DNA of 64,000 nt from Mobula hypostoma (Eukaryota), in NCBI RefSeq assembly GCF_963921235.1, contig NC_086097.1:187366001-187430000 (forward strand), in the 5' to 3' direction. The notes beneath the pieces were generated by a model that was not told the origin of the DNA, searched no databases, and saw only the letters and a program-made list of their open reading frames with translations. This document shows positions 60,879-64,000 of the stretch, piece by piece. Position 1 is the stretch's first letter. Each line of letters begins with the position of its first letter. A program made the position numbers and the translations under genes.

Positions 60879-61703
60879 CCTGAAAAGTGGAGAAAAGTGA
60901 AACATAAATGCTGTAATGTTCATACATCGGTCACTTTATGGTGAATCAAAATAAATTACAGTACATCCAATTATTCAGTTATAGTACACAAATTCCAATT
61001 TGTGGAATTTGTTGCCACGTGCAGATGTGGAGGCCAGGTTGTTGGGTGCACTTAAGACAGAGATTGATAGGTTGACTGGACATGGCATCAAAGGTTACAG
61101 GGAGAAGGCTGGGAAATGGGTTTGAGGAGGAGAGAAAAAAGGATCAACCATGATTGAATGGCGGAGCAGACTCGATGGGCCGAATTCTGCTCGTATGTCT
61201 TATGGTCTTTATTAACTGTATAACATAGATAATGAGGATGTGCATTAAATCAAGCTCAATTCTCTCCCAGTTAATACTGTTACTCATTTAACATTCAGGC
61301 CTTTTTTTTAGTTTAACTATCATTTGTTATTCCATGGGAATATCTCACTTTAATTCTAAACTATCAACAATATTACACAAAATATAAAACAACTCCAATC
61401 TTCTTTTATCAGCAATGCTATGCATTACAGTTACATTCTGAGCTTATGGCACTGTCTCCTTGCAGCTTTAATCCTTCAATTATACAAGTCATGTAGGTGA
61501 AAACCCGGTTTCAAACAAACGTATAACTCAAGGAATTATATAAAACTTTGGAAAAAAAATACTGGATGTTTTTCTGAGAACATGAATGTGCCAATTTGCT
61601 TAAAATTCCAATAGTTTTCTGTGTTTCTTTCCCTGCCTGAAAAGTGGAGACAAATAAAACATAAACACTTTAATGTTCACGCATTGGGCACTTCACAGTG
61701 AAT
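60879..61703. repeat. Pair of diverged direct repeats of about 67 bp (60879-60945, 61636-61702)
   Basis: cctgaaaagtggaga...aaacataaa...taatgttca...cactt...gtgaat in both. Confidence 0.8.
61000..61210 (+). mobile_element. CR1 3' tip
   Basis: ttgtggaatttgttgccac...gatcaaccatgattgaatggcgg...tatgtcttatggtctt. Confidence 0.75.
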
Positions 61704-62039
61704 GAGTACAATGTGTACTGCCCCTCCCCAGGCATGAGCAATCAATCACACACTGTAGATTGAATGCAAGCCCTTACAAGTCAATGGCAGATTCAATGCT
61801 CAATCCTATAAAATACCTTGCACACAGATTCTCAGAACAAACACATTTGTATGTTTTTCAAGTTATATCCTTTTTTCCCCAACATGAAATGATATTCACA
61901 TTAAATAAATTATTAAGCTCTTTTACAAAATTGTTTGAACAATTATTTATAATGAAATTGAACAGATTTCAACCTTGTCACATTATCAGTAAAGCTAAGA
62001 ACACTAATAAAAATTTTTCTCTACATAAAACTCAAAATT

Positions 62040-62465
62040 AAAATGAGATTTATTATCAAAGATCAAAGTCAATTTATTATCAAGGTATATATACTACACT
62101 GAGATTCATTTTCTTGCAGGCATTTACAGGAAAATAAAGAAATGCAATAGAAACTATGAAAAACTATGCATAACCGAAACTGACAACCAACCAATGTACA
62201 AAATCGGACAAATTGCACAATAAATAAATAAATAGATAGATAGAATGATACTGGGAGCATGAGTTGTAGAGTCCTTGAAAGGGAGTCAATAGGTTGTGAA
62301 GTCAGTTCAGTATTGAGATGAGTGAAGTCATCCACACTAGCATCAACATATGCAGGTATGGCATGGAATCTGTTGCTTTGAGGCAGTAGTACAGTGAGAA
62401 GGCATAAAATTACTATAAATTCCAAAAATAAATAAAAAGTGCAAATGGAAGTATAACGAAGTATT
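62040..62465 (-). mobile_element. Rex1-like 3' UTR fragments
   Basis: Reverse of the UTR seen at 56780-57080. Confidence 0.7.
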
Positions 62466-62474
62466 GTTCTGGTA

Positions 62475-63509
62475 CAACATTCCCACTGGCTCCTGAGAAT
62501 CCCGGCCCCAGTCCATATCTGATGAAGTGGAAATGGGATTTTCAGGATGACACCTAGAACGTTAAGCCCATCAGGGAAACACAGAAGTCAAGTATAAATG
62601 GAAGCAACAAGAAGAGGACATATCCTGGACGGTGAGCATCTTTGGTAATGGATTTCACCATAATTTTTGTGTGAAGGAGGTTTGGGGGGGAGGAGTTTGG
62701 GGTTTGTTTTTGTTTCTTTTTATTTTTGTGTGGGGGGGATTGATGTCTTTCTTTCAACTACTTATATGGAGTTCTGTATTTTATGGCAAGCTGGAAAAGA
62801 CGAATCTCAGAGATGTATTCTGCATACGTACTTCAGTATTGTGATAATAAAATAAACTTTGAGTTACATGAACTTATATTTAGATATGGCTAGATTAGTT
62901 TAATATAGTCACATGTACTGACATACAATGAAAAGCTTGTCTTTTATACTGTTCATAGAGATCAGATTATTACACAGTGTATTAATCCAGAACAAGGTAA
63001 AACAATAACAATGTGGAATAAGAAGCTACCGAAAATGTGTAGTAGAGGTGAATGATAACGTGCAAGATCATAACAAAGTTAAATCATGAGGCTAAGTGTC
63101 ATACAGGAAGTCCGTTCAAGAGTCTGATAACATTGGGAAGGAGTTTTGATCTGCATAATTTATTGGTAAATGTTTAACTCTAAATCCAGCATTCTGCTTC
63201 CACTGTTTAACATCCATGTAGTCATGTGTTATGTGCTGACCAAAATGGCAGCTCAGTTTGCACACATGACACCAAGCTCCGGAAAAATACATTCCATTTC
63301 AGGCTCTTTTGCAGGAAGAAGTTACACAAAGAAAGAGAAAAGTAATCAAGCATGGTCTTAAAATCTTATTGGGAAAAAAATGCAACATTTCCACTAGCTC
63401 CTGAGAATCCCAGTACCAGCTGAAATCTGCTAAAGTGAAGAAAGAAATATCAGGATGACACTCAGAACGTTAAGCACATCAGGGAAACACAGAAGTCAGG
63501 TATAAATGG
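62475..63509 (+). repeat. Pair of 127-bp direct repeats (62475-62601, 63383-63509) ending in TATAAATGG
   Basis: Gap-free manual alignment, about 22 substitutions. Confidence 0.85.
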
Positions 63510-63739
63510 TGGAGAGACTCTTAAACTCCTAATCCACCTGCCTCAGCAGACACCTCCTTCTCTGTCTGCAGAAAAGATTACTGGTCCCACAAAAGCCTGA
63601 TAAGTCAATTAGAACTCATTTTGATCCCAACAGACAACACAAGACAAAGAAGGGATCTAATTTTTAAGTACATCCGGTTTTGCTTCTGGTAAAATGTTCC
63701 ATATATCCATTGACTCCTCAAGATTAAAGACTCAAGATT

Positions 63740-64000
63740 CAAACTCCTGAGAGTGCACATCATGCACAACCTCTCATTGCCCCGAACACATTCTACACAA
63801 TCAGGAAAACTCACCAATGCCTCTACCTTCTGAGGAGGCTGTAGGGAACTTGACTGTGCACATCAATACTCACTACCTTCTACAGTCGTGCAGTAGAGTG
63901 TGTTCTAACGTGGTATGAGAACTGCACTGTGCTGGATGGGTAATCAAAATTGCCAAACTCATCATTGGCACTATCTACCCACCATGAAGGATATATATAC
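63740..64000 (+). mobile_element. Rex1-like RT 3' fragment running off the window end
   Basis: ttcaaactcctgagagtgcacatc...cctctaccttctgaggaggctg...accttctacag. Confidence 0.65.

Noticed and set aside
61670..61810. Possible H/ACA snoRNA on the minus strand (two hairpins plus ACA before a 3' splice site)
   Set aside because: No proper ANANNA H box, and the pocket-to-ACA spacing does not fit.
1..64000. CRISPR arrays, prokaryotic operons, rRNA or tRNA genes
   Set aside because: None seen; no regularly spaced repeat-spacer structure, and the content is vertebrate retrotransposon DNA.

Overview
Eukaryotic, repeat-dense non-genic (intergenic or intronic) DNA. The repeat set (HER1/HE1-type CR1 LINEs with TTCTATG tails, Rex1/Babar, fish-type L1, Penelope-like elements, Tc1 derivative, Gypsy remnants) suggests a cartilaginous fish, probably a ray or skate; this is inferred, not searched. 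No host protein-coding gene was recognised, and nearly all listed ORFs are retrotransposon pieces or compositional artefacts. Main points: (1) a full-length L1 with intact ORF1 and ORF2 (46321-52231, minus strand) nested in a young CR1, itself nested in a Rex1-like LINE. Its extreme 5' end is complementary to a site in its long inter-ORF spacer that directly abuts a 77-codon ORF ending 11 nt before the ORF2 AUG, and a second, older L1 shows a weaker version of the pairing. (2) Penelope-like insertions from 51 bp to 2.3 kb, several with inverted 5' parts, 13-18 bp TSDs and hammerhead-ribozyme motifs. (3) Three CR1 copies 5'-truncated at nearly the same ORF1 position. (4) A solo LTR with a 4-bp TSD. 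(5) TE-poor DNA near the 3' end of the window with splice and poly(A) signals and duplicated promoter-like and acceptor-like blocks. Boundaries of old elements are approximate, and all calls were made by eye.
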